Shown here: piece after piece, positions 1-12,484 of the stretch
How the letters are laid out: the number at the start of each line of letters is the position of its first letter
Position numbering within the stretch: position 1 is the stretch's first letter
Assembly: GCF_003334385.1 (NCBI RefSeq)
Contig: NZ_QOWN01000010.1
Strand: one strand, 5' to 3'
Length of the DNA: 64,000 nucleotides
Origin: Escherichia coli
GTDB taxonomy: Bacteria; Pseudomonadota; Gammaproteobacteria; Enterobacterales; Enterobacteriaceae
Notes under the pieces: generated by a model
Told to the model about the DNA's origin: nothing
The model's input: the letters and a program-made list of their open reading frames with translations, nothing else
Database searches by the model: none
Made by a program: the position numbers and the translations under genes

Positions 1-424
1 TAATTAATGCCGCGCGCTGATATTCTGCCCCAGCACTCAGCAGTTGCAGCACCAGAAAATTACCGAAACGATCGATAGTAATACCCGGCAGGCCATCAGA
101 TTCTCCGGCGATTAAACGATAGCTGTCGAGGCCATCTTTTTGCGCCAGCCAGTCACGCCATTTTTGTGCTTGTTGCAAACGGCGGGAAAAAAAAGCAATG
201 TCGATAGACTCAGACGGGTCAAACGTCCAGACGCGCGCCCGGATTTGCGAAGCTGGCGAATAAGCGCCGCGTGCTAACCATTTTCCCTGATGATCAACAA
301 TATCGATGGTTTCACCGAGGCTGGCTTTACCTTCCATGCGGGCAACGGCCCCGGAAAAGACCCACGGATGGCGACGAAGTAATGATTTTTCGCGCCCTTT
401 GGCTAACACTAAACGTACACTCAT
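1..424 (-). CDS. rlmI: 23S rRNA m5C1962 methyltransferase RlmI, N-terminal part only (gene runs off the left edge)
   Basis: Minus-strand ATG at 424..422; translation begins [32 protein letters not shown]; no stop inside window; position upstream of acyP as in E. coli. Confidence 0.75.
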
Positions 425-518
425 AATTTACTTTTCTGTCGATGCAAAGAAATGGGCGTCATTGTCCGGAGTTTTCCATGGATTTGCAACGCGTCCATTA
501 AGGATAAGGAGAGCAGCA

Positions 519-797
519 ATGTCGAAAGTCTGCATAATTGCCTGGGTTTACGGGCGAGTTCAGGGCGTAGGATTTCGCTACACCACACAGTACGAAGCGA
601 AAAGACTGGGTTTAACCGGGTACGCCAAAAATCTTGACGATGGCAGCGTGGAAGTGGTTGCTTGCGGTGAAGAAGGGCAGGTGGAAAAATTAATGCAGTG
701 GTTAAAGAGTGGCGGCCCGCGTTCTGCGCGTGTAGAACGGGTGCTCAGCGAGCCGCATCATCCCTCGGGGGAATTAACCGATTTTCGTATCCGTTAA
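519..797 (+). CDS. yccX: acylphosphatase (92 aa)
   Basis: Internal Met of ORF 306..797; [21 protein letters not shown] acylphosphatase signature; RBS aggag upstream. Confidence 0.9.
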
Positions 798-1123
798 ATA
801 CATTTTACCGGTTTTGGCAGGCCAGCAATTTTGGTGGCTTGCTTAGCCGGACCTTTCGGAAACAGTCGGTATAAATAGCGGCTGTTACCTTTTTCTTCGC
901 CAAATTTATTCGCCATCGCTTTTACCAGCATACGAATCGCCGGAGAAGTATTGAATTCCAGATAGAAATCACGCACAAAACGCACCACTTCCCAGTGTTC
1001 CGGTGACAGCGAAATCCCTTCGTTCTCTGCAATCACCACAGCCAGCGGCTCACTCCACTGGCTGCTTTCTTTGAGATAGCCTTCGGTATCCGTTTCTATC
1101 TCTTTACCTTCGAAGATCAGCAT
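794..1123 (-). CDS. tusE: sulfurtransferase TusE (tRNA 2-thiouridine synthesis), 109 aa
   Basis: ORF 794..1180 minus; recognised TusE sequence from [17 protein letters not shown]; start chosen at Met20 of the ORF. Confidence 0.9.
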
Positions 1124-1213
1124 AATTATTACTACCTTAATCAGACTGGCGGCAGTGTAACAAAAAACAAAGCCCCGCATAAAGCGAGGCTATGAAAGTG
1201 TTAGCGGGTGAGA

Positions 1214-1873
1214 TTAATCGCGGCTAGCGAAGCCCAGAATGCTCAGCAGGCTGACGAAGATGTTGTACAGCGAAACATACAGGCTAACCGTGGCACGAAT
1301 ATAGTTCGTCTCACCGCCATGAATGATGTTGCTGGTTTCAAACAAGATAGCGCCAGAGGAGATCAGAATGAAGACCGCGCTGATCGCCAGATGCAGAGCA
1401 GGCAGCTGCAGGAAGATATTCGCAACCATACCAATCAGCACCACCACAATACCCGCCATCAGCATACCGCCGAGGAACGACATATCTTTGCGGGTGGTCA
1501 GCACATATGCAGAGCAGCAGAAGAACACTAACGCCGTTCCGCCCAGTGCCATAGCGATTACGTCACCCATTCCGGCAGACAGATAGGTGTTCAGAATAGG
1601 TCCGAGGATATAACCCAGAAAACCGGTAAAGGCGAATGCGGAGATAATCCCGGTCGGCTTATTCGCCGTTTTATAGGTCAGGAACATCAAACCATACATA
1701 CCCACCAGCGTCAGAATCAGACCCGGAGATGGCAGCATCAGCACCGTACTGGCAGTTGCGGTAATCGCCGAAAAGGCCAGCGTCAGGCTCAGCAGAAAAT
1801 AGGTATTACGCAGCACCTTATGGGTGCTAAGCAGTGATGTACGGTCATGTGAAGAACTAACAATACGATCCAT
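1214..1873 (-). CDS. yccA: inner-membrane protein YccA (BAX-inhibitor family, FtsH modulator), 219 aa
   Basis: ORF 1214..1873; seven hydrophobic segments; recognised sequence. Confidence 0.93.
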   Translation of the reverse strand: MDRIVSSSHDRTSLLSTHKVLRNTYFLLSLTLAFSAITATASTVLMLPSPGLILTLVGMYGLMFLTYKTANKPTGIISAFAFTGFLGYILGPILNTYLSAGMGDVIAMALGGTALVFFCCSAYVLTTRKDMSFLGGMLMAGIVVVLIGMVANIFLQLPALHLAISAVFILISSGAILFETSNIIHGGETNYIRATVSLYVSLYNIFVSLLSILGFASRD

Positions 1874-2041
1874 TGAGTCACTCTCTATGACAGATGTAAT
1901 TAATTAAGCAGCATAATGATAATGCGTAAGGGCACCCAGAAGTTTTACCCATCTTTACGCATTTGATCTGGAACAGGTTTAACAGCGGATTATCAGGTCA
2001 TTAAGCAAATATAACGCCCTGAGAATTTCGACAGGCAAAAG

Positions 2042-2069
2042 AAAAAGGGGTTAGCATTTAGCTAACCCC
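2042..2069 (-). terminator. rho-independent terminator downstream of tRNA-Ser
   Basis: GGGGTTAGC / GCTAACCCC 9-bp stem followed by T-run on minus strand. Confidence 0.7.
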
Positions 2070-2079
2070 TTATCTTATT

Positions 2080-2167
2080 TGGCGGAAGCGCAGAGATTCG
2101 AACTCTGGAACCCTTTCGGGTCGCCGGTTTTCAAGACCGGTGCCTTCAACCGCTCGGCCACACTTCC
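2080..2167 (-). tRNA. serT: tRNA-Ser, anticodon UGA
   Basis: Reverse complement reads GGAAGTGTGGCCGAGCGGTTGAAGGCACCGGTCTTGAAAACCGG...TTCGAATCTCTGCGCTTCCGCCA with long variable arm and CCA end. Confidence 0.93.
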
Positions 2168-2593
2168 AGAATGACGCGCACTATAAACATCCCGATGCGG
2201 CGTGTAAACCCCTAATTTGTTTGTTTGCCTGAAAAACAGCCAAAAGTGCATTGATAGCGTGAAATAACAGCAGATTGATCATTTCATCACCATGAATTCC
2301 TTCTCTTTTACTCGTTTAGCAACCGGCTAAACATCCCCACCGCCCGGCCAAAAGAAAAATAGGTCCATTTTTATCGCTAAAAGATAAATCCACACAGTTT
2401 GTATTGTTTTGTGCAAAAGTTTCACTACGCTTTATTAACAATACTTTCTGGCGACGTGCGCCAGTGCAGAAGGATGAGCTTTCGTTTTCAGCATCTCACG
2501 TGAAGCGATGGTTTGCCTTGCTACAGGGACGTCGCTTGCCGACCATAAGCGCCCGGTGTCCTGCCGGTGTCGCAAGGAGGAGAGACGTGCGAT

Positions 2594-3712
2594 ATGAATA
2601 ACGAGGAAACATTTTACCAGGCCATGCGGCGTCAGGGCGTTACCCGGCGCAGCTTTCTCAAATATTGTAGTCTGGCTGCCACGTCGCTGGGATTAGGCGC
2701 GGGAATGGCACCAAAGATTGCCTGGGCGCTGGAGAACAAACCGCGCATTCCGGTGGTATGGATCCACGGTCTGGAATGCACCTGCTGTACCGAATCTTTT
2801 ATCCGCTCCGCTCACCCACTGGCGAAGGACGTCATCCTTTCCCTGATTTCCCTCGATTACGACGATACTTTGATGGCTGCCGCCGGAACCCAGGCGGAAG
2901 AAGTCTTTGAAGACATCATCACGCAATACAATGGCAAATATATCCTCGCAGTAGAAGGTAATCCGCCGCTGGGCGAGCAGGGGATGTTCTGTATCAGCAG
3001 CGGTCGACCGTTTATTGAGAAACTCAAACGTGCCGCTGCCGGAGCCAGCGCGATTATCGCCTGGGGAACCTGCGCGTCCTGGGGCTGCGTGCAGGCCGCG
3101 CGACCCAATCCGACGCAGGCAACGCCTATCGACAAAGTCATCACCGACAAACCCATTATCAAAGTACCTGGCTGCCCGCCGATCCCGGATGTGATGAGCG
3201 CCATCATTACTTACATGGTGACCTTTGATCGCTTGCCAGATGTCGACAGAATGGGCCGTCCGCTGATGTTCTATGGTCAGCGAATCCACGATAAATGCTA
3301 TCGCCGCGCCCACTTCGACGCCGGAGAGTTCGTCCAGAGTTGGGATGATGACGCTGCCCGCAAAGGTTACTGCCTGTACAAAATGGGCTGCAAAGGGCCT
3401 ACCACCTATAACGCCTGTTCCTCCACACGCTGGAATGATGGCGTTTCTTTCCCAATCCAGTCTGGTCACGGCTGCCTGGGCTGTGCGGAAAATGGTTTCT
3501 GGGATCGCGGTTCGTTCTACAGCCGCGTGGTCGATATTCCGCAAATGGGTACTCATTCCACCGCCGATACCGTCGGTTTAACCGCGCTTGGCGTGGTGGC
3601 AGCGGCTGTTGGTGTGCACGCAGTCGCCAGCGCCGTTGACCAGCGCAGACGTCATAACCAGCAACCTACAGAAACCGAACATCAGCCAGGCAATGAGGAT
3701 AAACAGGCATGA
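2594..3712 (+). CDS. hyaA: hydrogenase-1 small subunit (NiFe), Tat signal peptide
   Basis: ORF 2567..3712; start at [23 protein letters not shown] (twin-arginine motif); Cys clusters for FeS. Confidence 0.95.
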   Translation: MNNEETFYQAMRRQGVTRRSFLKYCSLAATSLGLGAGMAPKIAWALENKPRIPVVWIHGLECTCCTESFIRSAHPLAKDVILSLISLDYDDTLMAAAGTQAEEVFEDIITQYNGKYILAVEGNPPLGEQGMFCISSGRPFIEKLKRAAAGASAIIAWGTCASWGCVQAARPNPTQATPIDKVITDKPIIKVPGCPPIPDVMSAIITYMVTFDRLPDVDRMGRPLMFYGQRIHDKCYRRAHFDAGEFVQSWDDDAARKGYCLYKMGCKGPTTYNACSSTRWNDGVSFPIQSGHGCLGCAENGFWDRGSFYSRVVDIPQMGTHSTADTVGLTALGVVAAAVGVHAVASAVDQRRRHNQQPTETEHQPGNEDKQA

Positions 3713-5502
3713 GCACTCAGTACGAAACTCAGGGATACACCATCAATAATGCCGGACGCCGCCTGGTGGTCGACCCGATTACGCGCATCGAAGGCCACAT
3801 GCGCTGCGAAGTGAATATTAACGATCAGAATGTGATCACCAATGCCGTCTCCTGCGGCACCATGTTTCGCGGGCTGGAGATCATCCTACAAGGGCGCGAC
3901 CCGCGCGATGCGTGGGCGTTCGTTGAACGTATCTGCGGCGTCTGTACTGGCGTACACGCCCTGGCTTCGGTTTACGCCATCGAAGATGCTATCGGTATTA
4001 AAGTGCCGGACAACGCCAATATCATCCGCAACATTATGCTGGCAACGCTCTGGTGCCACGATCATCTGGTGCACTTCTATCAGCTTGCCGGGATGGACTG
4101 GATCGATGTGTTAGATGCGCTGAAAGCCGACCCGCGGAAAACCTCCGAACTGGCGCAAAGTCTCTCCTCTTGGCCGAAATCATCCCCTGGCTATTTCTTC
4201 GACGTACAAAACCGCCTGAAAAAATTTGTTGAAGGCGGGCAGTTGGGGATCTTCCGCAATGGCTACTGGGGGCACCCGCAGTACAAACTGCCGCCAGAAG
4301 CTAACCTGATGGGCTTTGCCCACTATCTCGAAGCTCTCGATTTCCAGCGTGAAATTGTCAAAATCCACGCGGTCTTTGGCGGTAAAAACCCGCATCCAAA
4401 CTGGATTGTCGGCGGGATGCCTTGCGCCATCAACATTGACGAAAGCGGCGCGGTCGGGGCAGTCAATATGGAACGCCTGAACCTGGTGCAGTCAATTATC
4501 ACCCGCACGGCGGACTTCATTAACAACGTGATGATCCCCGACGCCTTAGCCATCGGTCAGTTCAACAAACCGTGGAGCGAAATCGGCACTGGTCTTTCTG
4601 ATAAATGCGTTCTCAGCTACGGCGCATTCCCGGATATTGCCAACGACTTTGGCGAGAAAAGTCTGCTGATGCCTGGCGGCGCGGTGATTAACGGCGACTT
4701 CAACAATGTGCTGCCAGTGGATTTGGTTGATCCGCAGCAGGTGCAGGAGTTTGTCGACCACGCCTGGTATCGATATCCCAACGATCAGGTCGGGCGTCAT
4801 CCGTTCGATGGCATCACCGACCCGTGGTACAACCCCGGCGATGTCAAAGGCAGCGATACCAACATTCAGCAGCTGAATGAACAGGAACGCTACTCGTGGA
4901 TCAAAGCGCCACGCTGGCGCGGTAACGCGATGGAAGTGGGGCCGCTGGCGCGCACGTTAATCGCTTATCACAAAGGCGATGCTGCGACCGTTGAGTCGGT
5001 CGATCGCATGATGTCGGCGTTGAACCTGCCGCTTTCCGGTATCCAGTCAACGTTAGGCCGCATTTTGTGCCGCGCGCACGAAGCGCAGTGGGCCGCAGGT
5101 AAGTTGCAGTATTTCTTCGACAAGCTGATGACCAACCTGAAAAACGGCAATCTCGCCACTGCTTCCACGGAAAAATGGGAACCTGCAACCTGGCCGACAG
5201 AGTGCCGTGGTGTCGGTTTTACCGAAGCGCCGCGCGGGGCGTTAGGCCACTGGGCCGCCATTCGCGATGGCAAGATTGATCTCTACCAGTGCGTGGTGCC
5301 GACCACCTGGAACGCCAGCCCGCGCGATCCCAAAGGGCAGATTGGCGCTTATGAAGCGGCGCTGATGAACACCAAAATGGCGATCCCCGAGCAACCGCTG
5401 GAGATCCTGCGTACTCTGCACAGCTTTGACCCGTGCCTCGCCTGTTCAACACACGTGCTGGGCGACGACGGTAGCGAGCTGATCTCCGTGCAGGTGCGTT
5501 AA
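3709..5502 (+). CDS. hyaB: hydrogenase-1 large subunit (NiFe)
   Basis: 597 aa; N-terminal RIEGH..C..C and C-terminal DPCLACSTH Ni-binding motifs; ATGA overlap with hyaA. Confidence 0.96.
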   Translation: MSTQYETQGYTINNAGRRLVVDPITRIEGHMRCEVNINDQNVITNAVSCGTMFRGLEIILQGRDPRDAWAFVERICGVCTGVHALASVYAIEDAIGIKVPDNANIIRNIMLATLWCHDHLVHFYQLAGMDWIDVLDALKADPRKTSELAQSLSSWPKSSPGYFFDVQNRLKKFVEGGQLGIFRNGYWGHPQYKLPPEANLMGFAHYLEALDFQREIVKIHAVFGGKNPHPNWIVGGMPCAINIDESGAVGAVNMERLNLVQSIITRTADFINNVMIPDALAIGQFNKPWSEIGTGLSDKCVLSYGAFPDIANDFGEKSLLMPGGAVINGDFNNVLPVDLVDPQQVQEFVDHAWYRYPNDQVGRHPFDGITDPWYNPGDVKGSDTNIQQLNEQERYSWIKAPRWRGNAMEVGPLARTLIAYHKGDAATVESVDRMMSALNLPLSGIQSTLGRILCRAHEAQWAAGKLQYFFDKLMTNLKNGNLATASTEKWEPATWPTECRGVGFTEAPRGALGHWAAIRDGKIDLYQCVVPTTWNASPRDPKGQIGAYEAALMNTKMAIPEQPLEILRTLHSFDPCLACSTHVLGDDGSELISVQVR

Positions 5503-5520
5503 CAGCGAAGGAGAATCATC

Positions 5521-6228
5521 ATGCAACAGAAAAGCGACAACGTTGTCAGCCACTATGTCTTTGAAGCGCCAGTGCGCATCTGGCACTGGTTGACGGTGTT
5601 ATGCATGGCGGTGTTGATGGTCACCGGATACTTTATCGGCAAGCCGCTACCTTCCGTCAGCGGCGAGGCGACGTATCTGTTCTATATGGGCTACATCAGG
5701 TTAATTCACTTCAGCGCCGGGATGGTTTTTACCGTGGTTTTGCTGATGCGGATCTACTGGGCTTTTGTTGGCAATCGATACTCCCGCGAGCTGTTTATCG
5801 TGCCGGTATGGCGTAAAAGCTGGTGGCAGGGCGTGTGGTATGAAATCCGCTGGTATCTGTTTCTGGCAAAACGTCCGAGTGCCGATATAGGCCATAATCC
5901 CATCGCCCAGGCGGCGATGTTCGGCTATTTCCTGATGTCGGTCTTTATGATCATCACTGGTTTTGCGCTGTACAGCGAACACAGCCAGTACGCTATTTTT
6001 GCGCCGTTCCGTTATGTGGTGGAATTTTTCTACTGGACGGGTGGCAACTCAATGGACATTCACAGCTGGCATCGGCTGGGGATGTGGCTGATTGGCGCGT
6101 TTGTGATCGGTCATGTCTACATGGCGCTGCGTGAAGACATCATGTCCGACGACACGGTGATCTCCACCATGGTCAACGGCTACCGTAGCCACAAATTTGG
6201 CAAAATAAGTAACAAGGAGCGTTCATGA
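5521..6228 (+). CDS. hyaC: hydrogenase-1 cytochrome b subunit
   Basis: 235 aa, four TM helices, recognised sequence. Confidence 0.94.
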
Positions 6229-6812
6229 GCGAGCAACGCGTGGTGGTCATGGGGCTGGGCAACCTGCTGTGGGCCGATGAAGGCTTCGGCGTGCGGGTGG
6301 CGGAACGGCTGTATGCCCATTACCACTGGCCCGAGTATGTGGAGATTGTCGATGGCGGTACTCAGGGACTGAACTTGCTGGGGTATGTCGAAAGCGCCAG
6401 CCATCTGTTGATTCTCGATGCCATTGACTACGGGCTGGAACCTGGAACGCTGCGAACCTATGCCGGAGAACGCATTCCGGCTTATCTCAGCGCGAAGAAA
6501 ATGAGCCTGCATCAGAACAGTTTCTCCGAAGTGTTGGCGCTGGCGGATATCCGCGGACATCTGCCAGCACATATTGCCCTCGTCGGTCTGCAACCCGCAA
6601 TGCTCGACGACTACGGCGGTAGCCTGAGCGAACTGGCACGGGAGCAACTGCCCGCTGCGGAACAGGCGGCGCTGGCGCAGCTTGCTGCGTGGGGAATTGT
6701 GCCGCAACCGGCTAATGAATCGCGCTGTCTCAATTATGACTGTCTGTCGATGGAAAATTACGAAGGCGTTCGCTTGCGCCAGTACCGGATGACACAGGAG
6801 GAGCAGGGATGA
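6225..6812 (+). CDS. hyaD: hydrogenase-1 maturation endopeptidase
   Basis: 195 aa, HyaD/HybD family; overlaps hyaC stop. Confidence 0.93.
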
Positions 6813-7207
6813 GCAACGACACGCCATTTGATGCGTTGTGGCAACGAATGCTGGCGCGCGGCTGGACGCCAGTCAGTGAATCCCGTCTTGACGACTGGCT
6901 TACGCAAGCGCCAGACGGCGTGGTGTTATTAAGCAGTGACCCGAAACGCACGCCAGAGGTCAGCGATAATCCGGTAATGATTGGCGAATTACTGCGCGAG
7001 TTTCCCGACTATACATGGCAGGTGGCGATTGCTGACCTTGAGCAGAGCGAAGCCATCGGCGATCGCTTTGGCGTCTTTCGCTTTCCTGCCACTTTAGTGT
7101 TTACCGGCGGAAACTATCGCGGCGTGCTGAATGGTATTCACCCGTGGGCGGAACTGATAAACCTGATGCGCGGGCTTGTCGAACCGCAGCAGGAGCGTGC
7201 CTCATGA
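6809..7207 (+). CDS. hyaE: hydrogenase-1 operon protein HyaE (Tat chaperone-like)
   Basis: 132 aa, recognised; ATGA coupling to hyaD. Confidence 0.92.
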
Positions 7208-8061
7208 GCGAAACTTTTTTCCATCTGCTGGGGCCAGGAACGCAACCGAACGATGACAGTTTCAGCATGAATCCACTGCCGATCACCTGTCAGGTGAATG
7301 ATGAACCGAGTATGGCGGCCCTGGAGCAATGTGCTCACAGCCCGCAGGTGATTGCGCTGTTAAACGAGTTACAACATCAACTAAGCGAACGCCAACCGCC
7401 GTTGGGCGAGGTGCTGGCAGTCGATCTGTTAAATCTCAACGCCGACGATCGTCACTTTATCAATACGCTTCTCGGGGAAGGGGAAGTGTCAGTGCGCATT
7501 CAGCAGGCTGACGACAGTGAAAGTGAAATACAGGAGGCGATCTTCTGCGGATTATGGCGGGTGCGCAGACGTCGCGGCGAAAAGTTGCTGGAGGACAAAC
7601 TGGAGGCTGGCTGCGCGCCGCTGGCGTTGTGGCAGGCGGCAACGCAAAATCTCTTGCCGACAGATTCGCTGTTACCGCCGCCCATTGATGGCCTGATGAA
7701 TGGCCTACCGTTGGCGCATGAGTTACTGGCACATGTACGTAACCCCGACGCGCAGCCGCACAGCATTAATCTGACGCAATTACCCATCAGCGAGGCTGAT
7801 CGGCTTTTTCTCTCACGTCTCTGTGGGCCGGGAAATATTCAGATTCGTACCATTGGCTATGGCGAGAGCTATATCAACGCCACGGGGTTACGCCATGTCT
7901 GGCATTTACGCTGTACGGACACCTTAAAAGGCCCGTTACTGGAAAGTTATGAAATCTGCCCAATACCGGAAGTGGTGCTGGCAGCGCCAGAAGATTTGGT
8001 CGACTCTGCGCAGCGGCTTAGCGAGGTATGTCAGTGGCTGGCGGAAGCTGCACCGACGTAA
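7204..8061 (+). CDS. hyaF: hydrogenase-1 operon protein HyaF
   Basis: ORF 7144..8061; start at [10 protein letters not shown] coupled to hyaE stop (285 aa). Confidence 0.9.
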   Translation: MSETFFHLLGPGTQPNDDSFSMNPLPITCQVNDEPSMAALEQCAHSPQVIALLNELQHQLSERQPPLGEVLAVDLLNLNADDRHFINTLLGEGEVSVRIQQADDSESEIQEAIFCGLWRVRRRRGEKLLEDKLEAGCAPLALWQAATQNLLPTDSLLPPPIDGLMNGLPLAHELLAHVRNPDAQPHSINLTQLPISEADRLFLSRLCGPGNIQIRTIGYGESYINATGLRHVWHLRCTDTLKGPLLESYEICPIPEVVLAAPEDLVDSAQRLSEVCQWLAEAAPT

Positions 8062-8194
8062 AAAGACGGTAAGTATCGCTTTCAGTCTTATGAATATCGC
8101 AATCGGCGAATACCTCTGGTCGTAGAGTTTCAGGATAAAGAGGGAGATCTACCATTATCGGGTTATTTTTCTCTCTTCGCCTACAGGAGTGCGC

Positions 8195-9739
8195 ATGTGG
8201 GATGTCATTGATTTATCGCGCTGGCAGTTTGCTCTGACCGCGCTGTATCACTTTTTATTTGTACCCCTTACCCTGGGGCTGATTTTTTTGCTGGCTATTA
8301 TGGAAACCATTTACGTGGTCACCGGCAAAACAATCTACCGCGATATGACGCGCTTCTGGGGTAAGCTCTTCGGTATCAATTTTGCTCTTGGCGTGGCTAC
8401 CGGCCTGACCATGGAGTTTCAGTTTGGTACTAACTGGTCATTCTATTCCAACTATGTGGGCGATATTTTTGGCGCACCGCTGGCGATGGAAGCATTAATG
8501 GCCTTCTTCCTCGAATCCACCTTTGTCGGGCTGTTCTTCTTCGGCTGGCAACGGCTGAATAAATACCAGCACCTGCTGGTGACGTGGCTGGTGGCGTTCG
8601 GTTCAAATCTCTCTGCGTTGTGGATATTGAATGCCAACGGTTGGATGCAATACCCGACCGGTGCGCATTTTGATATCGACACCCTGCGTATGGAGATGAC
8701 CAGCTTCAGCGAGCTGGTCTTTAATCCGGTCAGCCAGGTGAAATTTGTGCACACCGTAATGGCGGGCTACGTGACCGGGGCCATGTTTATTATGGCGATC
8801 AGCGCCTGGTATTTACTGCGCGGACGGGAGCGCGATGTCGCATTACGCTCGTTTGCCATCGGTTCCGTCTTCGGTACTCTGGCGATTATCGGTACCCTGC
8901 AACTCGGAGACAGTTCTGCGTATGAAGTCGCGCAAGTACAACCGGTAAAACTGGCGGCGATGGAAGGGGAGTGGCAAACGGAACCTGCACCTGCACCGTT
9001 CCATGTGGTTGCCTGGCCGGAACAGGATCAAGAGCGTAACGCCTTTGCCCTCAAAATTCCCGCGCTGCTAGGGATCCTCGCCACTCACTCATTAGATAAA
9101 CCCGTGCCGGGTCTGAAGAATTTGATGGCTGAAACCTACCCACGCTTGCAACGCGGACGTATGGCCTGGCTGTTAATGCAGGAAATATCGCAAGGCAATC
9201 GTGAGCCGCATGTGTTGCAGGCATTCCGGGGACTGGAAGGTGACCTGGGCTACGGCATGTTGCTCTCCCGCTATGCGCCGGATATGAATCATGTCACAGC
9301 CGCACAGTACCAGGCGGCGATGCGTGGCGCGATACCTCAGGTTGCGCCGGTATTCTGGAGTTTCCGCATCATGGTGGGCTGTGGTTCCCTGCTGCTACTG
9401 GTGATGCTGATTGCGCTTGTCCAGACGCTGCGTGGCAAAATCGACCAGCATCGCTGGGTGCTGAAAATGGCGCTCTGGAGTTTGCCGTTGCCGTGGATTG
9501 CGATTGAAGCCGGGTGGTTTATGACCGAGTTTGGTCGTCAGCCGTGGGCGATACAGGACATCTTACCGACATACTCCGCGCACTCCGCTTTAACCACAGG
9601 ACAACTGGCTTTCTCACTGATCATGATCGTAGGGCTTTACACCCTGTTCTTAATCGCCGAAGTCTACCTGATGCAGAAATATGCCCGTCTGGGGCCGAGC
9701 GCGATGCAGAGTGAACAACCGACGCAGCAACAGGGGTAA
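8195..9739 (+). CDS. appC: cytochrome bd-II ubiquinol oxidase subunit I
   Basis: ORF 8189..9739; CydA-like sequence; start at [14 protein letters not shown]. Confidence 0.93.
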
Positions 9740-9750
9740 AGGAGAAAATC

Positions 9751-10887
9751 ATGTTTGATTATGAAACATTGCGCTTCATCTGGTGGCTGCTGATTGGCGT
9801 GATCCTGGTGGTCTTTATGATCTCCGACGGATTTGACATGGGGATCGGCTGTCTGCTGCCGCTGGTGGCGCGTAATGATGATGAACGCCGGATAGTGATA
9901 AACAGCGTTGGTGCACACTGGGAAGGCAACCAGGTCTGGTTGATCCTCGCTGGTGGGGCATTATTTGCCGCCTGGCCCAGAGTGTATGCAGCGGCGTTTT
10001 CCGGCTTTTATGTGGCGATGATCCTGGTGCTGTGCTCACTGTTCTTCCGCCCGCTGGCCTTTGATTATCGCGGAAAAATCGCCGATGCACGCTGGCGTAA
10101 AATGTGGGACGCCGGTCTGGTCATCGGCAGTCTGGTGCCGCCGGTAGTCTTCGGTATCGCCTTCGGCAACTTGTTGCTCGGCGTGCCGTTTGCCTTCACA
10201 CCGCAATTACGCGTGGAGTATCTCGGCAGCTTCTGGCAACTGCTGACGCCATTCCCTTTATTGTGCGGATTGCTCAGCCTTGGGATGGTGATTTTGCAAG
10301 GTGGCGTCTGGTTACAACTGAAAACTGTTGGTGTGATTCATCTGCGTTCACAGCTGGCGACCAAACGCGCTGCACTGTTGGTGATGCTGTGCTTTTTGCT
10401 GGCGGGTTACTGGCTGTGGGTCGGTATTGATGGCTTTGTACTGCTCGCCCAGGATGCTAACGGTCCTTCCAATCCGTTAATGAAACTGGTGGCAGTGCTA
10501 CCTGGTGCCTGGATGAATAATTTTGTCGAGTCGCCCGTTTTGTGGATCTTCCCGCTGCTGGGATTCTTCTGCCCATTGCTGACGGTGATGGCGATTTATC
10601 GTGGTCGCCCGGGTTGGGGATTTTTGATGGCATCATTGATGCAATTTGGCGTGATTTTCACGGCAGGCATCACGCTGTTCCCCTTTGTCATGCCGTCAAG
10701 CGTGAGTCCGATCTCCAGCCTGACGTTGTGGGACAGTACTTCCAGTCAGCTGACGCTGAGCATTATGTTGGTAATCGTGCTGATATTTTTGCCCATTGTG
10801 TTGCTCTACACTCTCTGGAGCTACTACAAAATGTGGGGGCGCATGACAACAGAAACTCTCCGCCGTAACGAAAACGAGTTGTACTAA
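9751..10887 (+). CDS. appB: cytochrome bd-II ubiquinol oxidase subunit II
   Basis: 378 aa, CydB-like polytopic membrane protein. Confidence 0.94.
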
Positions 10888-10899
10888 GGAGCAGAAACA

Positions 10900-10992
10900 A
10901 TGTGGTATTTACTTTGGTTCGTCGGCATTTTGTTGATGTGTTCGCTCTCCACCCTTGTGTTGGTATGGCTGGACCCGCGTCTGAAAAGTTAA
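10900..10992 (+). CDS. appX: small single-TM protein of cytochrome bd-II operon (30 aa)
   Basis: ATG 11 nt after appB stop with GGAG RBS; MWYLLWFVGILLMCSLSTLVLVWLDPRLKS; too short for the ORF track. Confidence 0.75.
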   Translation: MWYLLWFVGILLMCSLSTLVLVWLDPRLKS

Positions 10993-11071
10993 CGAACGTA
11001 GGCCTGATGCGGCGCATTAGCATCGCATCAGGCAATCAATAATGTCAGATATGAAAAGCGGAAACATATCG

Positions 11072-12370
11072 ATGAAAGCGATCTTAATCCCATTTTTATC
11101 TCTTCTGATTCCGTTAACCCCGCAATCTGCATTCGCTCAGAGTGAGCCGGAGCTGAAGCTGGAAAGTGTGGTGATTGTCAGTCGTCATGGTGTGCGTGCT
11201 CCAACCAAGGCCACGCAACTGATGCAGGATGTCACCCCAGACGCATGGCCAACCTGGCCGGTAAAACTGGGTTGGCTGACACCGCGCGGTGGTGAGCTAA
11301 TCGCCTATCTCGGACATTACCAACGCCAGCGTCTGGTAGCCGACGGATTGCTGGCGAAAAAGGGCTGCCCGCAGTCTGGTCAGGTCGCGATTATTGCTGA
11401 TGTCGACGAGCGTACCCGTAAAACAGGCGAAGCCTTCGCCGCCGGGCTGGCACCTGACTGTGCAATAACCGTACATACCCAGGCAGATACGTCCAGTCCC
11501 GATCCGTTATTTAATCCTCTAAAAACTGGCGTTTGCCAACTGGATAACGCGAACGTGACTGACGCGATCCTCAGCAGGGCAGGAGGGTCAATTGCTGACT
11601 TTACCGGGCATCGGCAAACGGCGTTTCGCGAACTGGAACGGGTGCTTAATTTTCCGCAATCAAACTTGTGCCTTAAACGTGAGAAACAGGACGAAAGCTG
11701 TTCATTAACGCAGGCATTACCATCGGAACTCAAGGTGAGCGCCGACAATGTCTCATTAACCGGTGCGGTAAGCCTCGCATCAATGCTGACGGAGATATTT
11801 CTCCTGCAACAAGCACAGGGAATGCCGGAGCCGGGGTGGGGAAGGATCACCGATTCACACCAGTGGAACACCTTGCTAAGTTTGCATAACGCGCAATTTT
11901 ATTTGCTACAACGCACGCCAGAGGTTGCCCGCAGCCGCGCCACCCCGTTATTAGATTTGATCAAGACAGCGTTGACGCCCCATCCACCGCAAAAACAGGC
12001 GTATGGTGTGACATTACCCACTTCAGTGCTGTTTATCGCCGGACACGATACTAATCTGGCAAATCTCGGCGGCGCACTGGAGCTCAACTGGACGCTTCCC
12101 GGTCAGCCGGATAACACGCCGCCAGGTGGTGAACTGGTGTTTGAACGCTGGCGTCGGCTAAGCGATAACAGCCAGTGGATTCAGGTTTCGCTGGTCTTCC
12201 AGACTTTACAGCAGATGCGTGATAAAACGCCGCTGTCATTAAATACGCCGCCCGGAGAGGTGAAACTGACCCTGGCAGGATGTGAAGAGCGAAATGCGCA
12301 GGGCATGTGTTCGTTGGCAGGTTTTACGCAAATCGTGAATGAAGCACGCATACCGGCGTGCAGTTTGTAA
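11072..12370 (+). CDS. appA: periplasmic phytase / pH 2.5 acid phosphatase (histidine acid phosphatase)
   Basis: ORF 11042..12370; start at MKAILIPFLSLL signal peptide; RHGVRAP active-site motif. Confidence 0.95.
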   Translation: MKAILIPFLSLLIPLTPQSAFAQSEPELKLESVVIVSRHGVRAPTKATQLMQDVTPDAWPTWPVKLGWLTPRGGELIAYLGHYQRQRLVADGLLAKKGCPQSGQVAIIADVDERTRKTGEAFAAGLAPDCAITVHTQADTSSPDPLFNPLKTGVCQLDNANVTDAILSRAGGSIADFTGHRQTAFRELERVLNFPQSNLCLKREKQDESCSLTQALPSELKVSADNVSLTGAVSLASMLTEIFLLQQAQGMPEPGWGRITDSHQWNTLLSLHNAQFYLLQRTPEVARSRATPLLDLIKTALTPHPPQKQAYGVTLPTSVLFIAGHDTNLANLGGALELNWTLPGQPDNTPPGGELVFERWRRLSDNSQWIQVSLVFQTLQQMRDKTPLSLNTPPGEVKLTLAGCEERNAQGMCSLAGFTQIVNEARIPACSL

Positions 12371-12380
12371 TGCATAAAAA

Positions 12381-12407
12381 AGAGCATTCAGTTACCTGAA
12401 TGCTCTG
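12381..12407 (-). terminator. hairpin between convergent appA and etk, T-run on minus strand
   Basis: AGAGCATTCAG / CTGAATGCTCT inverted repeat preceded by AAAAA on plus strand. Confidence 0.6.
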
Positions 12408-12437
12408 AGGCTGATGACAAACGAAGAACTGTCTAAT

Positions 12438-12476
12438 GCGTAGACCGGAAAAGGCGTTCACGCCGCATCCGGCCAC
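12438..12476. repeat. REP (repetitive extragenic palindromic) element
   Basis: GCGTAGACCGGAAAAGGCGTTCACGCCGCATCCGGCC matches the REP family recurring elsewhere in this window. Confidence 0.7.
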
Positions 12477-12484
12477 TTTCAGTT

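Noticed and set aside
306-518. N-terminal extension of the acylphosphatase ORF (163-aa version) and ORF 452..637
   Set aside because: The acylphosphatase family is about 90 aa; the extension overlaps the divergent rlmI start and has no RBS, whereas the internal ATG at 519 has one.
1208-1586. Two plus-strand ORFs (107 and 87 aa) overlapping yccA
   Set aside because: Antisense to the hydrophobic yccA membrane protein; composition consistent with chance frames.
2693-3556. 287-aa ORF antisense to hyaA (also 2857..3207 and 3273..3581)
   Set aside because: Lies entirely within the well-supported hyaA frame on the opposite strand; GC-rich coding regions routinely give long antisense ORFs; no RBS or recognisable domain.
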